DNA from: Bugula neritina
Lineage: Eukaryota > Animalia > Bryozoa
Reading direction: 5' to 3'
DNA: 64,000 nucleotides
NCBI GenBank assembly: GCA_964035545.1
Contig: OZ037769.1
Coordinates: 10,322,633-10,386,632, forward strand
Positions 1-12,319 of the stretch are shown here, piece by piece (within the stretch, counting starts at the first letter, position 1; every line of letters begins with the position of its first letter). The translations under genes were made by a program, and so were the position numbers. The notes under the pieces were generated by a model. It did not search any database, was not told where the DNA came from, and worked only from the letters and a program-made list of their open reading frames with translations.

Positions 1-128
1 GGATTCGGCTTAAATTTGGTTGCAGCCCTCCACGCAGCTCTGTTGTCAGCTGTCTGCTGCCAAGAACTCAAGTTTATTGCTCTCCATTTCATATTCCTCT
101 TAGCAACATCTTTAAGTCTGAGTTTAGG

Positions 129-1427
129 TCACCCTGTTTTTCTTTTACCCTCTTTCAGCTGAGAGTAAAGCAATTGTCTTGGTAGCCGGCTATGTTCCAT
201 CCTGTGCACATGGCCTAGCCATCTTAAGTTCTTTTCTATAAGGATGTCGGCCATGCTTGGCAAATTGGCACGTCTTAATATTTCTTCATTCGTAACTTTG
301 TCATACCATTTTACAGCCATTATGTCTCTCAGTTGCCTCATCATGAAAGCGCTTAACTTCTTCACCTGTGTCCTGTATATTGTCCATGTTTCTGCTCCAT
401 ACAGCAGGCTTGAGAGCACCACCGCTCTGTAGACTTTACACTTTACCCTGATGGATACATGTCTGTTGTTCCAGAGTCTCTGCTGCAGCTTTCCGTAAGC
501 CGCACTTGCTTTGCCTAGTCTGCTCCGTAGCTCTTTCTCTATTTTTGCTGTACAGGAAACAGTGCTTCCTAGATAAGTAAAGTCTGAGGCAAGTACAACT
601 GGTTCTTGATCTATCATGACAACTTCAGGTTCAGGTGGAGGGTGGATGAGTTTGATTGGCTGGTACATGCATTCTGTCTTTTCTATGTTGATTTTTAAGC
701 TAAACTGAGCCGCTGCTTTTGCAAAGTTGTTCACTAGCATTTGCATATCTGCAGCGCAATGTGCCGCCAAAGCACTGTCATCAGCAAACAACATCTCTCT
801 GACTAAGTGTTTGGTAGTACGGGTCTTAGACTTGAACTGAGCCACATCAAAGAGATCAGCCCCATGTCGAGTTTGAATATAAATCCCTTCATTTACATTT
901 TTAAATGCCACCTCAAGCATAGCGGTCAAGTATAATAAAAATAGTGTTGGCGCAAGAACACACCCCTGCTTGACACCATTGGTTACTGCAAACTCATTTG
1001 AAGCATCTCTACCTTGCACTACCTTGGCTTGCATGCCTGCATGAAGAGCTTTTATCAGGTTGGTGACCTTCTCAGTTAAGCCAAACTTCTTCAGTACACT
1101 CCAGAGGCCATCTCTTGATACTGTATCAAAGGCTTTTGTAAAGTCTATAAATACAGCATACAGCTCCATGTTCTGTTCAGCACATTTTTCTTGAATTTGG
1201 CGAAAGCTAAATATCATATCAATGGTGCTCCTGCTGTTTCGAAAGCCACACTGTGTTTCTGGAAGTATTCCTGGAGTTATATTTACATTGATTTTGTTGA
1301 GGATGATACGGGCCATAATCTTTCCAGCTATAGACAAAAGCGAGATTCCTCTATAATTTCCACAGTCCTTCCTACTACCCTTTTTAAATACGGGCACAAT
1401 GTTCGCGTCTTTCCAGTTCTGTGGCAT
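129..1427 (-). pseudogene. LINE reverse transcriptase domain (RTE type)
   Basis: Motifs PETQCGFR, FIDFTKAFD, GVKQGCVLAP, LFADD, YLGS, LYGAETW; premature stop at 129-131. Confidence 0.92.
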
Positions 1428-1853
1428 CTTCTCATTACTCCATATATAAGCAATCAGATCATATAGTCTCTCTTTAAGCCTGATTCCACCGTGCTTTCAC
1501 ACCTCAGCTGGAATGCAACATTCTCCAGGAGATTTATTCTCTTAGGTTGCATCTATAGCATCCAGAAGCTCATCAAAACTTGGCATATCATTTAGACTTA
1601 AATTGGGTGGCATATTTTTGAGACTATTGAGAGCTTCCTGATCTAGTTCCCCTGGTACATTCAGCAACAGGTCAAAATGTTGGGGGAACCTTTTTAAGGT
1701 ATCATTCTTTGCTGTAAGTACTGTTTTACCACTTTGGTCCAGCAATTGGGCGATTCCCCTGTTCTGTGGCCCATAAACTTCTCTAAGGCCATTGTAGAAT
1801 GCCTTCATGTTGTTTTTATCAGCTGCCTGTTGGAGTGATTCTGCTTTTTCCTC

Positions 1854-3146
1854 TCACCATTGAGACTTTTTTCCTCGAGTGTATTTTTGCAACTTGCTGC
1901 ATGCTTGCGCTAATCGGTCAGTGCTACTTCTTGTTTTTCTCTGTAGTGCTTTTGATTTAGCCTTATTTCTTTCTTTAAGTAATGCATTCAGCTTTGCATC
2001 ATTGTCATCAAACCAATTTTGATGCTTTCTTTCTGCTCTACTTAAGACTTTGGTAGCTGTGTTGAAGGCTGAGATCTTTAACCTTTCCCATCTCTCTTCT
2101 AACGTTACACCATCATCATCTCTATAGTCCATTGCCTTATCCATCTGTTTCTGAAACTCCTGTAGCATATCCTGATTTTGTGGTTTCCCCACATTCAATT
2201 TGCATGCGGAGTTCCCTCTTGTCTTGTTCTTTGCTTTCCTTAATGCAAATGCTAGCTTGGACCTGATTATGATATGGTCAGTTGAGCAATCAGCACCTCT
2301 CATTGCCCAAGTATCTAGCACATCATTCTGGTCTTTCCGTCTTGCAATCACATAATCGAGGAGGTGCCAATGCCGAGAACGTGGGTGCATCCAGGTGACT
2401 TTATGATGCTGCCTGTGCTTAAATACTGTGTTCGTGATAACAAGCTGGCATTCAGAACAGAATGCCAGTAGCAGCTCTCCATTTGTGTTACATTTTCCAA
2501 CTCCTTGATTACCAATAACGCCTGGCCAATTTTGAGCTTCACACCCTACTCTTGCATTAAAGTCACCGGCTATAATCAGTTTGTCTGTGATGGATATATT
2601 CTTTACTGTTTCTCTCAGTTTATTGTAAAACTCCTTTTTCTTTTCTTCCGGATTTGTCATTGTTGGAGCGTAAGCACTCACTATTGTCACATAATGATTC
2701 TTTTTCAGTGGAAGTCTCATGCTTATAATTCTATCACTTATTGCTGTTGGTTCTTGTTCTAGATAAAGCATAATTGTATTCCTGATAGCAAACCCCACCC
2801 CTGATTCTCTTCTTTCTTTCTCACCTTTTCCACTCTAAAAGAATGTGTACCCGTTATCAACAAGGCTATCATTGAGGGCAAGCCGAGTTTCACACAAAGC
2901 TGCAATATCGATATCATATCGACCCAGCTCTTTTGCAACAAGTGCTGTCTGCCTTTCTGGTCTTTTTGAATTATTCCGGTCTAGTAATGTTCTAAGATTC
3001 CATTCTGCTAGTCTCAGAACTTTTCTGAACTTTCCATTTTGTCCTAGCTGACTTTTCACTGGCTGCCGGAGCGGGAGCAGACCAGCGCAAACCTTGTTAA
3101 CCCGGGCGACGTTCGTGCCGGTATCAAATACTGTTTCCATTGTCAT
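1854..3146 (-). pseudogene. LINE APE-like endonuclease domain with internal stop/frameshift
   Basis: WNLRTL, ETR, YAPT, GDFNA, LDY and TDH motifs across two ORFs. Confidence 0.9.
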
Positions 3147-4379
3147 AGTCCATAAAACTGCATGCGAAATGGTTAAGTGAACTTGGCTTTCGCGTTACCA
3201 TGTTCACTCTCTCGGCAGGGTGTAAATGGGATCTAGCGGCAAGAACAGGTCAAGACATGCTAGCATTTACAACCTGCTGCAGTGGCTGGCCGTTATACAC
3301 GTTTGTCTGTACACGCCCCTGAGGGCTGCCACAGATACCCACTGAAATAATCTTTCAGACTTTTAGTAGATGTTATTTTTAGTTCTACATGAATGTCCAG
3401 TACACCCTCCCTAATGTCAAGACATTAGGGGGTATCGGTTTAGTCGCCGACAGTTCGACCCATGAAACAGGTAGTACCGGTTACATGGTTACCGGTAGTA
3501 GATTAAACACCTGACCTGACCTGATCCACAGAAGGTAGTATCCTGCAAATGATACCTGTCCATAGGCAGTGCTGGGCTGCGTATGAAATCCTCTACATTT
3601 ACTGGTTTGAATGGCTCCAGGCAAGGATGTCTCCTTTATCGTCGCTGGCCATACTCTTTTACTTCTTGGCCAAAAGCCTTAGCATTAAATTAATTCTACC
3701 GCTGCCACCACTGTTGTGATTTTATGCTATTACTAATTACGGTTATTTAAAGCTAAGCCAACACTGCCAACTTGGAGCAATAAAATGGTTTATTTATGCA
3801 AATGATACAAGAGTAAAGCTAACTGCATAAAAAACAAGTGTTACATAACTGTACAATACAATAAGTGCAATCTAACTAGCCAAATCTTTCTAGCTAACTG
3901 GGTGCTGTACAATAACGCTGCTACTCAGTTTGTATCATTAGCTCCATTGATCAGCATTGGTTCTATCTCAAATATCGGCTATCTATTGAGGCAGCTACTA
4001 ATGATTATAGTCATTAGCTCCTTTAATTGGCTGATCCTATTCCTTTGTCCTGAGCGTCAGTAGCGTAACATACATGCTGTATCAGGCCGAGTGCGCGTAA
4101 GGGTAATGGAGTATTATGGCGGGGAGTTGCTTTTTCCGATATACATATACAAACATTTTCTACAATATAACAGAATTTGATAATAAAAAAATTTTTTTTT
4201 TATAGCGAAACATTTTATCTGCTCATGAAAAAATTGAAGAAAAAAATATATAGTTGCATAATTATATCATATTATATTAGAACTAAAAAACTCAAAATAA
4301 AAACTTACATATTGTTGAGATTCATTATACATACACTATGTTTCCATTATTGCATTATAGAAATGGAGTTTGTTCTTCG

Positions 4380-4920
4380 GCTAATGGAAATATAGTTACA
4401 TTGATTTATGAATAATAACACATGCAGCTAGAAAAATAACTCTTACAAAAATTCTCTTGTAACGAACAATTATCTGCTTAAAATTGCATTTCATACCATT
4501 CAAATATTGAATGATTTATATTTACATGCCGTTGATTTAGCATTTATAAAAGTCAATGTGCTTCACACGATTTCAAAATTTTTAGCTCACAAAAATAAAG
4601 CCAACACAGCTGGCAAACTTTTACACTTATGTGTCATTCAAAAATAATTATTGCTGTGTATATAAAATAAAATATACAACCTAACTTTTTCAATCACAAA
4701 ATAATAGTTTTCTCGTCCAAGTGGCTATTCTTCTGCCACATAAGCATAATAGGAAATGACTATTGAAGACATTGTAATTCTTATTTATTTCTATTTATAA
4801 ATATTAATAATAGATTATATGAATTTCATTAGCGCTATAATATATGCGTACATGTTACCATGCAGCTGTTTTTTTTTTATAAATAAAATAAGATGTTCTA
4901 GCTATGCATATATTTTCACA
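4380..4920. repeat. Diverged interspersed repeat; second copy at ~8130-8720
   Basis: Shared blocks such as caaatattgaatgat, acacagctggcaaactt, aacctaac, attatatgaatttcattag. Boundaries approximate. Confidence 0.6.
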
Positions 4921-5200
4921 TGAGCTTACTTAAATATGCCTTGCTTGTTTATAAAATTCAACATACTATTGTTTATAAAGGTGTTGGCCATGGTACTCTG
5001 TTTTGTGTAGACGAGTAGAAAAATGCTAAAGCGTGCAGCTGCTGTTTACGAACTACAATACATATGTATATATGTATATACATATAAGCTGTTGCTCCCT
5101 AACAGCTGTTTGGAACCTACTGTCCTACGAAGATATCATTAAGTTTGTCTGTATCAGTTAAAAAACTCATGCAAGTTTATATAGTGACCATATCTGCAGG

Positions 5201-5243
<43 letters not shown>

Positions 5244-5244
5244 T

Positions 5245-5666
5245 ATTTTACGCTCTCATTTAATGCTCAGCAATGACATTAACTGATTGAGCACTCTCAC
5301 CATGGTCACAAACTCAAGCTGCTAGCATTTTGCAATGCTCGTGACTCCTAGGTGACCCCTATAGTCACTTGAGCACTCTGGCTTGAGTTTACACACCTTT
5401 TAAATATGCTTTAGTAAAACTATAAGTTTTACTGTTGCGAAGGTATGGGCCATGGTACTCTGTTCTGTGCTGATGAGGGGACAAACCCCAAAACAGCTGC
5501 TGTCCACAGATTGAGATTTTACGCTCTCATTTAATGCTCAGCAATGACATTAAATGATTGAGCACTCTCACCATGGTCACAAACTCAAGCTGCTAGCATT
5601 TTGCAATGCTCGTGACTCCTAGGTGACCCCTATAGTCACTTGAGCACTCTGGCTTGAGTTTACACA
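5245..5666 (+). repeat. 151 bp direct repeat (5245-5395 and 5516-5666; period 271 bp) enclosing a hammerhead motif; retrozyme/PLE pseudo-LTR-like
   Basis: Near-identical copies start at attttacgctctc and end at tttacaca; the first follows a (TA)n tract directly. Confidence 0.85.
5464..5510 (+). ncRNA. Type I minimal hammerhead ribozyme with G12->A core mutation
   Basis: tctgtg-CTGATGA-gggg(acaaa)cccc-AAAA-cagc(t)gctg-TC-cacaga. All three stems pair; GAAA reads AAAA. Confidence 0.8.
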
Positions 5667-7157
5667 TCCACAGTTGGTTTAAGGTCATACTTTTCATTTT
5701 CTGGCTCTTTGCCAGGTGCTTTATGTTCTATATGAACAATGTTCCACTGATAGCTCGAACAGGTTGAATGTCACAGGAACAAAAAAAATATGAAAAGATA
5801 AAGAAACTTATGTTCTCCAATATACTTTTTTATTTTTTTCAAAAGCCAATTCATGTTTAAGTTATAGCTTGTTGAAAAACATAGTCCCCCTTCCACATTC
5901 TTTTCAATTTATACGCTCCTGACTTGTTATTGTGTCTCAATATTCCTTGTATTCGAGTGCTTGTTAGTCTCGCTTCACTAACTTTGCCTATACTTCACAA
6001 GTGCCAGTGCTGCTGGCTCAAAAGCTAAATGTTATAAACTGTCAGCTAAAACCCAATCTTGTATTCCTAGGTTGGTTGGCCTAAATAAAACAATAGTCAA
6101 ATCATGATTTCATGTTTTAAAAATTTACTTTATTCTAACCTGCTGCCTAGCTAGTTCTATTTTTGATGTATAATTACAAAATTTGTGATACATTTTTTTT
6201 GGCAATCATGTGATTTATAAAATGCAGTAATGGTACTTATAATATTATATTATTATCATTATAATATATTATATAGTATTATGTGTGTTTTTATTATACT
6301 GCATAATATCTATTTTATTATTGTTGTTGTGCAAACAAGTGCAATTAACCTAGTTTTCAAAATGTACCTCTAAATTATCAGAATATCAGTTTAGATATTT
6401 TCATGCTTTGTAAGGTAAACCTAAAAAAAGAGGCTGTATTCCCAAAGTAAAGGGTGTTGAACTATGAACTATATTAGATTAGCCACTCTGCTACCAAGTG
6501 CATTAGTATAATATTATATGAATAGCTCTGATGCTTTGTCTCCGGTGGCTGGCTGCGATATGATAACTTGGCCAACTTCCAAGAGTTTAAAATTGGCGCA
6601 ATTATTCAAGAGGTTACATGCTGCACAGAGCTAGCAGTGATAGTAACCTTGCTATTGGCAGTACTTATTACAACTGCCAGCATATAAGCTGCATTGTAGA
6701 ATGCCGTTGGGGTAGGCTAGTAAAACCAAATTTTGCTCTCTAATATACCTTAGACACAATGCAGCAACATGATTGTTCATTTCAAATTACATTGCCACCC
6801 TTACATGAGCTGTGGGCTTCATAAAGATTCATATGATTAGAGATTTATGCTATAGGCTAGCTATGATGAAAATAACACACCATTGTCAAAGTTAACTTCA
6901 AGTATGTTGTTTTCCAGAAACTCAGTAATGTCCATTTATCTCTCGCATACAAATACTTATGTAACAGCATACAGTTTAAGTTTTATTTTAGAGCACATCT
7001 GCAAATTCTACAATAAGAGCTTGCTTTACCAGTCTATTTCAGACCTGTTTTTGTAGCTAGTAATACGCAAGCTACTTATTTTTAAACTTTTGGGTTATTT
7101 GTTCAAAACCATTAGCTTTGCTAGTAACCCGAGACTATTCCAACAGTTGACTACTAT

Positions 7158-7905
7158 CATGATATCATGGAAAATTATGAAAAAGACCAACTCATACAAC
7201 AAAGTCACTAAAAGATGCAACCTCTGCCTATGGGAAAAATATTTCATAATATACCAGCCCAGCAAATCTTCCCTTAATAACAGAAATGAAATTCTATCCA
7301 CATGCAGACATGCACGTAAGCACTACCTGGGCAACATCACATAACAATACTAACAACTCTCAACCATAGTACTACCATAATTTTCCATGATATCATGGAA
7401 AATTATGAAAAAGACCAACTCATACAACAAAGTCACTAAAAGATGCAACCTCTGCCTATGGGAAAAATATTTCATAATATACCAGCCCAGCAAATCTTCC
7501 CTTAATAACAGAAATGAAATTCTATCCACATGCAGACATGCACGTAAGCACTACCTGGGCAACATCACATAACAATACTAACAACTCTCAACCATAGTAC
7601 TACCTATTATAAATTAGCCTTTCCATCAAACATCTAGCTTTTATAGTTTAATCCTTTGGAAAAAGAGCAATTTAATTAATTAATAGATAACACCAAATCC
7701 ACTACTATGTTTGCATTTCGTTTTACGTTGTGTTTAGCATGATAATTTTCTTTATGTAAAAATTTGAATAATCGGTATGCTTCATAGCTTTTATTTATTT
7801 TTAGTCTAACACCTGAGGAGTGCAGTTTACTGCACGAAACTATATAGTCGTGTAAGATTTTTTAAATAAAATATATATGTATCATTAACAATCTGAACAC
7901 ACTAC

Positions 7906-7907
<2 letters not shown>
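7158..7907 (+). mobile_element. Penelope-like element 3' fragment (GIY-YIG C-terminal part tandemly duplicated, UTR, hammerhead)
   Basis: ISWKIMKK...KRCNLCLWEKYFII...LNNRNEILSTCRH resembles PLE C-termini. It occurs twice (7158-7376 and 7386-7604) and is followed by a hammerhead and (TA)n. Confidence 0.85.
7803..7859 (+). ncRNA. Type I minimal hammerhead ribozyme, intact core
   Basis: agtctaacac-CTGAGGA-gtgcag(ttta)ctgcac-GAAA-ctat/atag-TC-gtgtaagatt. GUC cleavage triplet ends at 7849; stem III is palindromic and loop-less. Confidence 0.92.

Positions 7908-7967
<60 letters not shown>
7908..7967. repeat. (TA)n microsatellite
   Basis: Direct reading. Confidence 0.95.
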
Positions 7968-7968
<1 letters not shown>

Positions 7969-9613
7969 CTGTATTTAGGTTTAGAACTAATATATAAATA
8001 AATGGTGTATTCTGCAAGGGTTGTACATGCAGGTGTGTTTTTAGGATCGTTAGCATCAGCAAGTATATAAGACTATATAGGTTACACGGAACTTTTTTAT
8101 TGAATCTACTTTTAGCACTTTGAAATGAGGCTCATATGAATATCTATAATACAACACAGATGCAGAAATTAATTACAAGACAAGTTCTCAAATTTATGAA
8201 CAATATAATACAGCTATAGACAATGAATTGTGACAAAATCGGCTTGTAACAAACCACAATATTTTTTTTTTAAATTTGCAGTATTAGTTCAAATATTGAA
8301 TGATATTTTATTATGCCGAATTGATTCAGCATTTAAAAAAGTTAACGCTTGTGGTTCCCACGCTTTAAAATTTTTCTCTTCAAAAAATAAAGCTGACACA
8401 GCTGGCAAACTTGTTATCACAAACTAGTGTTATTCTAAAACAATTATTGTATTCTTAAAATAAGAATATATAACCTAACCTTTTCAATAGCAAAATAATA
8501 GCTTCCTATCCCAGTGGGTTATATTTTCTGCCATGTAAGCATGATAGGAAATTGTCATTGATAATATTAGGTTGTTAATTCTGAATAATTATAATATATT
8601 ATTAATAGAAAATTATATGAATTTCATTAGAACATACATATATCATGCCAGCTGTATTGCATGTTTGTATATAAAATGGAATGTTCTAGAACAATTTCCT
8701 CACATTTTTTTGCATAAGCATCTTTGATACATCTTGAAAATTCAACGTTAGAGCAAGTCTATTAGAAATGCGTAAGTATAAGTTTATAAATTGAAATTCC
8801 TCATACATTAACTTTTTATATAAATAAGTTTTTACGGTTGTCAAATTATGAAGATGTCACAAATACAAAACAATAAGCTTAACTCAATTGTACAAATAGT
8901 TTGTTATAAGAGAATAAACTTCCTCTTTTTTAAGTATGAAGCACTTGAGTCAGAAAGAATATTTCGCTTGTGAACTTACACAGAGCTAAAACATTATCAA
9001 AATGATTATACAATGTGACTTCTCTTTCTCTTCAGTATCTGTAAAGGTTACGGTAGCAATGTGTACTGCTGTCCTGTTCATTGGTAGGTTTAATTAAATA
9101 TATTATTATTATTATAAAAGTGACATGGAAGATTTTTGAATTTGTTAATAATAAAGAATACTGGTTTCTGTTAAGCACCTTACAAGAAAAAAGACATTTG
9201 TATTTCATTTTTAATCCAACAGCTAGTTCAGATATAAGAATTATATTATATTTTGTAAATGTAGGTACTGTTGAAATTATAGAGGGCACAAGTTCCAGCA
9301 CCAAAACACTTAGTAAGTTATAAAAGTATTGACATTTTTTGTTTGCAGTACTTTTTAAGAGTTGTGAAGTACATTATAAGTCATATAAGAATTCTACTAT
9401 ATTGAAATATCTAGCAGTTACTTGATAAAATTTAGATTTGAGAAATTTAATTTGTAGATTGTGAAACTCGACTAGCTGGCACTTTCTGTTTGTTTAGAAG
9501 CATGACTAAAAACGGGAACCCTTCTGAATGCATAAGGTCTGTAAATATATTGCGAATTGATTAAATTAAAGTACAGTGATTTGAATTTAGCACAATTTCA
9601 TGAAACATAAGTA

Positions 9614-10939
9614 AGGGTAACGGGGGGGGGGGGGGAGGGGGCACAATGGGTCGAATTTTGCATTTGTTGCTCTCATTCGTTTGTTTTTTAAGTTACTAGT
9701 TCAATATTCTTTAGTCTTAATGCTACATCTGTTGTCTATTACAGGTACCAGTTTGTTGTTTCTATCTCTCTCACAACTTTCAGAATAATGAAATTTTCAT
9801 GACGAAAAAATTGGGCCATTGTGCCCCGGTACCGGGGTACTATGGGCCACTGGGTGGGACACAACAAATATATTGAAATTTTGCGTATTTTGTTACATCT
9901 GATTTTTGTTTATTTAATATTACAAATAAATAAAGATACTCTTTCAGATCTACAGCAAAATTCATGTTTTAGCTGTACAGTTTGTGCCACTACAGATAGC
10001 AGAGGAAAGCAAAATCAAACGCACGTCACTCGGTTCTGCAGTGCCATTATCATTACTGTTTAAAACTAAAAATGTTTTCACTTCAGAGCAACGTTTATTA
10101 AAAAAAGACTTTACTGAAGTGTACTACAAAATTCGGAGTGAACTTTTTTCAATGAACTGTAGCTAAGGTGCATGCATGGCTGAGGTTTGTGACTGGAAAG
10201 GAGAAGGGGGACCAAATGAGCAAATCACAATTTATTTCAGTCAGATGCACTTATATTCCTTCAATGGTGTAATATATAATGATTATCATGATTATCTACT
10301 AGTAGCAACAGCAGAGTGTTTTGTATTATGTATAAAATGGCAAAGCTTTAACCTCACCAGATGTATGTATTAGGGGAGCTTTAACTTGTAGTTTTGTAGT
10401 CTTACCATGATGTCTTTGATATTTTACAAATTGGTCGGAAATGGTTATATAAATTTATAGATTTTAGTAACAGTTCAACCAACCTTTTGGGCAAACAAAC
10501 TAATAACAGTGATCAGGCTGCAATAATCAGGTGGCCCATTGTGCTCCAGTCAGCGTGGCCCATTGTGTCCCGTGTGGCCAAACTGAAAATAAATGTGCCT
10601 CAAGGAAAATTTATTTCAGTGTTTGCTGTTATACTAGCTAAGCATTGTAGAGACAAGCAACGGCAACAATATCAGTAAAATCTAGGCTTCTTGCCTTTGA
10701 GTGTAAAAAGTTATGAGGCTTTTACGACATCCTAAAAAATGTACAAAAAGTAGGTAAAAACAGTTTTTTACTAGCCCTTTCAACACGTATGTTCCGCAAG
10801 TGTTGAAACTACAAAGGCTGAATAATTGTGTCAATATCTTTTTATGAAAAAAAATCACAACTCTAAGTCAATAAGTTCTCTTCTCTCACAATTTGGCTGG
10901 CTTTTTGTACCCCTATGACTGTTGTGCCCCCGTTACCCC
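9614..10939. mobile_element. Non-autonomous DNA transposon, probably Tc1/mariner-pogo superfamily
   Basis: TIRs agggtaacggg...gcacaa / ttgtgcccccgttacccc flanked by TA on both sides; internal ccattgtg subterminal motifs; no transposase ORF. Confidence 0.7.
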
Positions 10940-11329
10940 TACTAATTTTTTATATATTTAGCGCAAGACGTCAATTTAATGGAGCTATGAGTGGATGTAC
11001 TGTTAAAGACCCTGTCAAACTGATGTTTATAAACTTTCAGTTTGCAAAACGATTCACTACCAAATGCAAAGACCATAAATTTCCACTATCTCGTAAGAAT
11101 CAGTTACAAATCTTTAGCAGTTTTTGCGTTTGTGTGAATCTTTTAATTAAGGTAAAAGAAGCTTAAGAAATTAATTGAAAACACAGATTTGTAAGATATA
11201 TACTTAATTTTTTCAGACTGTGGGATACTTACAGACTGTCTAAAGAAGGTATTTGACAATAATGGAACGAAACTTTATTGGTGAGATTGTATATAAGTTT
11301 ATTACCTATATCCTAAATAGTATCAATAC

Positions 11330-11333
<4 letters not shown>

Positions 11334-11407
<74 letters not shown>

Positions 11408-11430
11408 ATTGTATATATATATATATATAT
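11334..11430. repeat. (TA)n microsatellite
   Basis: Direct reading. Confidence 0.95.
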
Positions 11431-12319
11431 CCAACAAACTTAAACTTGAATTACTCTAATCACAGAAATATTATATATGATAAAACCTTTTTTTCAGTGA
11501 CAAGAAAGACGAAGCTGATAAGTGCTACAAGACTGCCAAGAAAGGATGCTCTTCTGCTACGTACTATCAGAAATTATACATTAAACAAGCTTTTCCAGCT
11601 GCATGTAAATCTAATGCTAAGTATTATTCTATGCCTCAATCTTACTTACCTTATTATTGTCCACGTACAGGATAAGAAACACCCTTACCTCTTTTTAAGA
11701 AATACTATCTCCTAAACACCTATATTAACTTTGAAATTTTTTAAACAAGACATGTTTTCCCAAGTAACTCAAAAACAAAAATGCTTTTTTAGATATTGGT
11801 TTAATTCCATAATATAATTTAAATACATAAATAAACAATTTTCTTTTAGATTTCAAATAGAATTCAACTAGGTTTTATTCCTGCTAATAATTTTGAATAT
11901 GAGGCTACGTAAGCCCCAGTAATTCTATTGCTGTTGCATATCGTTTTTAAAAAGACATATGATATACCTGGATGCTTTAGTCAAGTTTTAAATATACATT
12001 ATTCTAGTGCTTTAATGAAAAAGAAGGTGTTGTAATTGTATAGAAAAACTAACCAAAATCTACCCTAAAGATGTGTATTTTAATGTCATATAAGAAATTA
12101 TAGCTGCATGATTATATGCTATGCTAGTGTCGAAAGGTAAAAATAATGAATGTAAGTACTTGTTGTTGATATCAATTAAAGCTGGTTCACACTTTTATTT
12201 TATATAGTCAAGTTTGTAAGATCCACTATATACATACACATAACTTAACGTATAGCTGTCTTCAATGCCATATTATAGTATGCAAGTAAATATGAAATTC
12301 TTTCATCATACAAGGAATG

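Larger units (their letters stand above)
1..3525 (-). mobile_element. RTE-clade non-LTR retrotransposon (LINE), nearly full length and disrupted; 3' end runs off the window
   Basis: Collinear minus-strand ORFs give the APE N-terminus (WNLRTL...DIAALCETRL, 2835-3146), APE core (GDFNAR, LDY, TDH; 1854-2798), linker (1542-1808) and RT (YRGISLL, GVKQG, FADD, LRWLGHV; 129-1427). Reading continues past an in-frame TGA (KTG*PKLRLKD). The 5' boundary is approximate. Confidence 0.92.

Noticed and set aside
5255-5390. SECIS element in the hammerhead-associated repeat
   Set aside because: No RUGA/GA quartet with a correctly spaced helix and apical AA could be drawn, and no linked UGA ORF.
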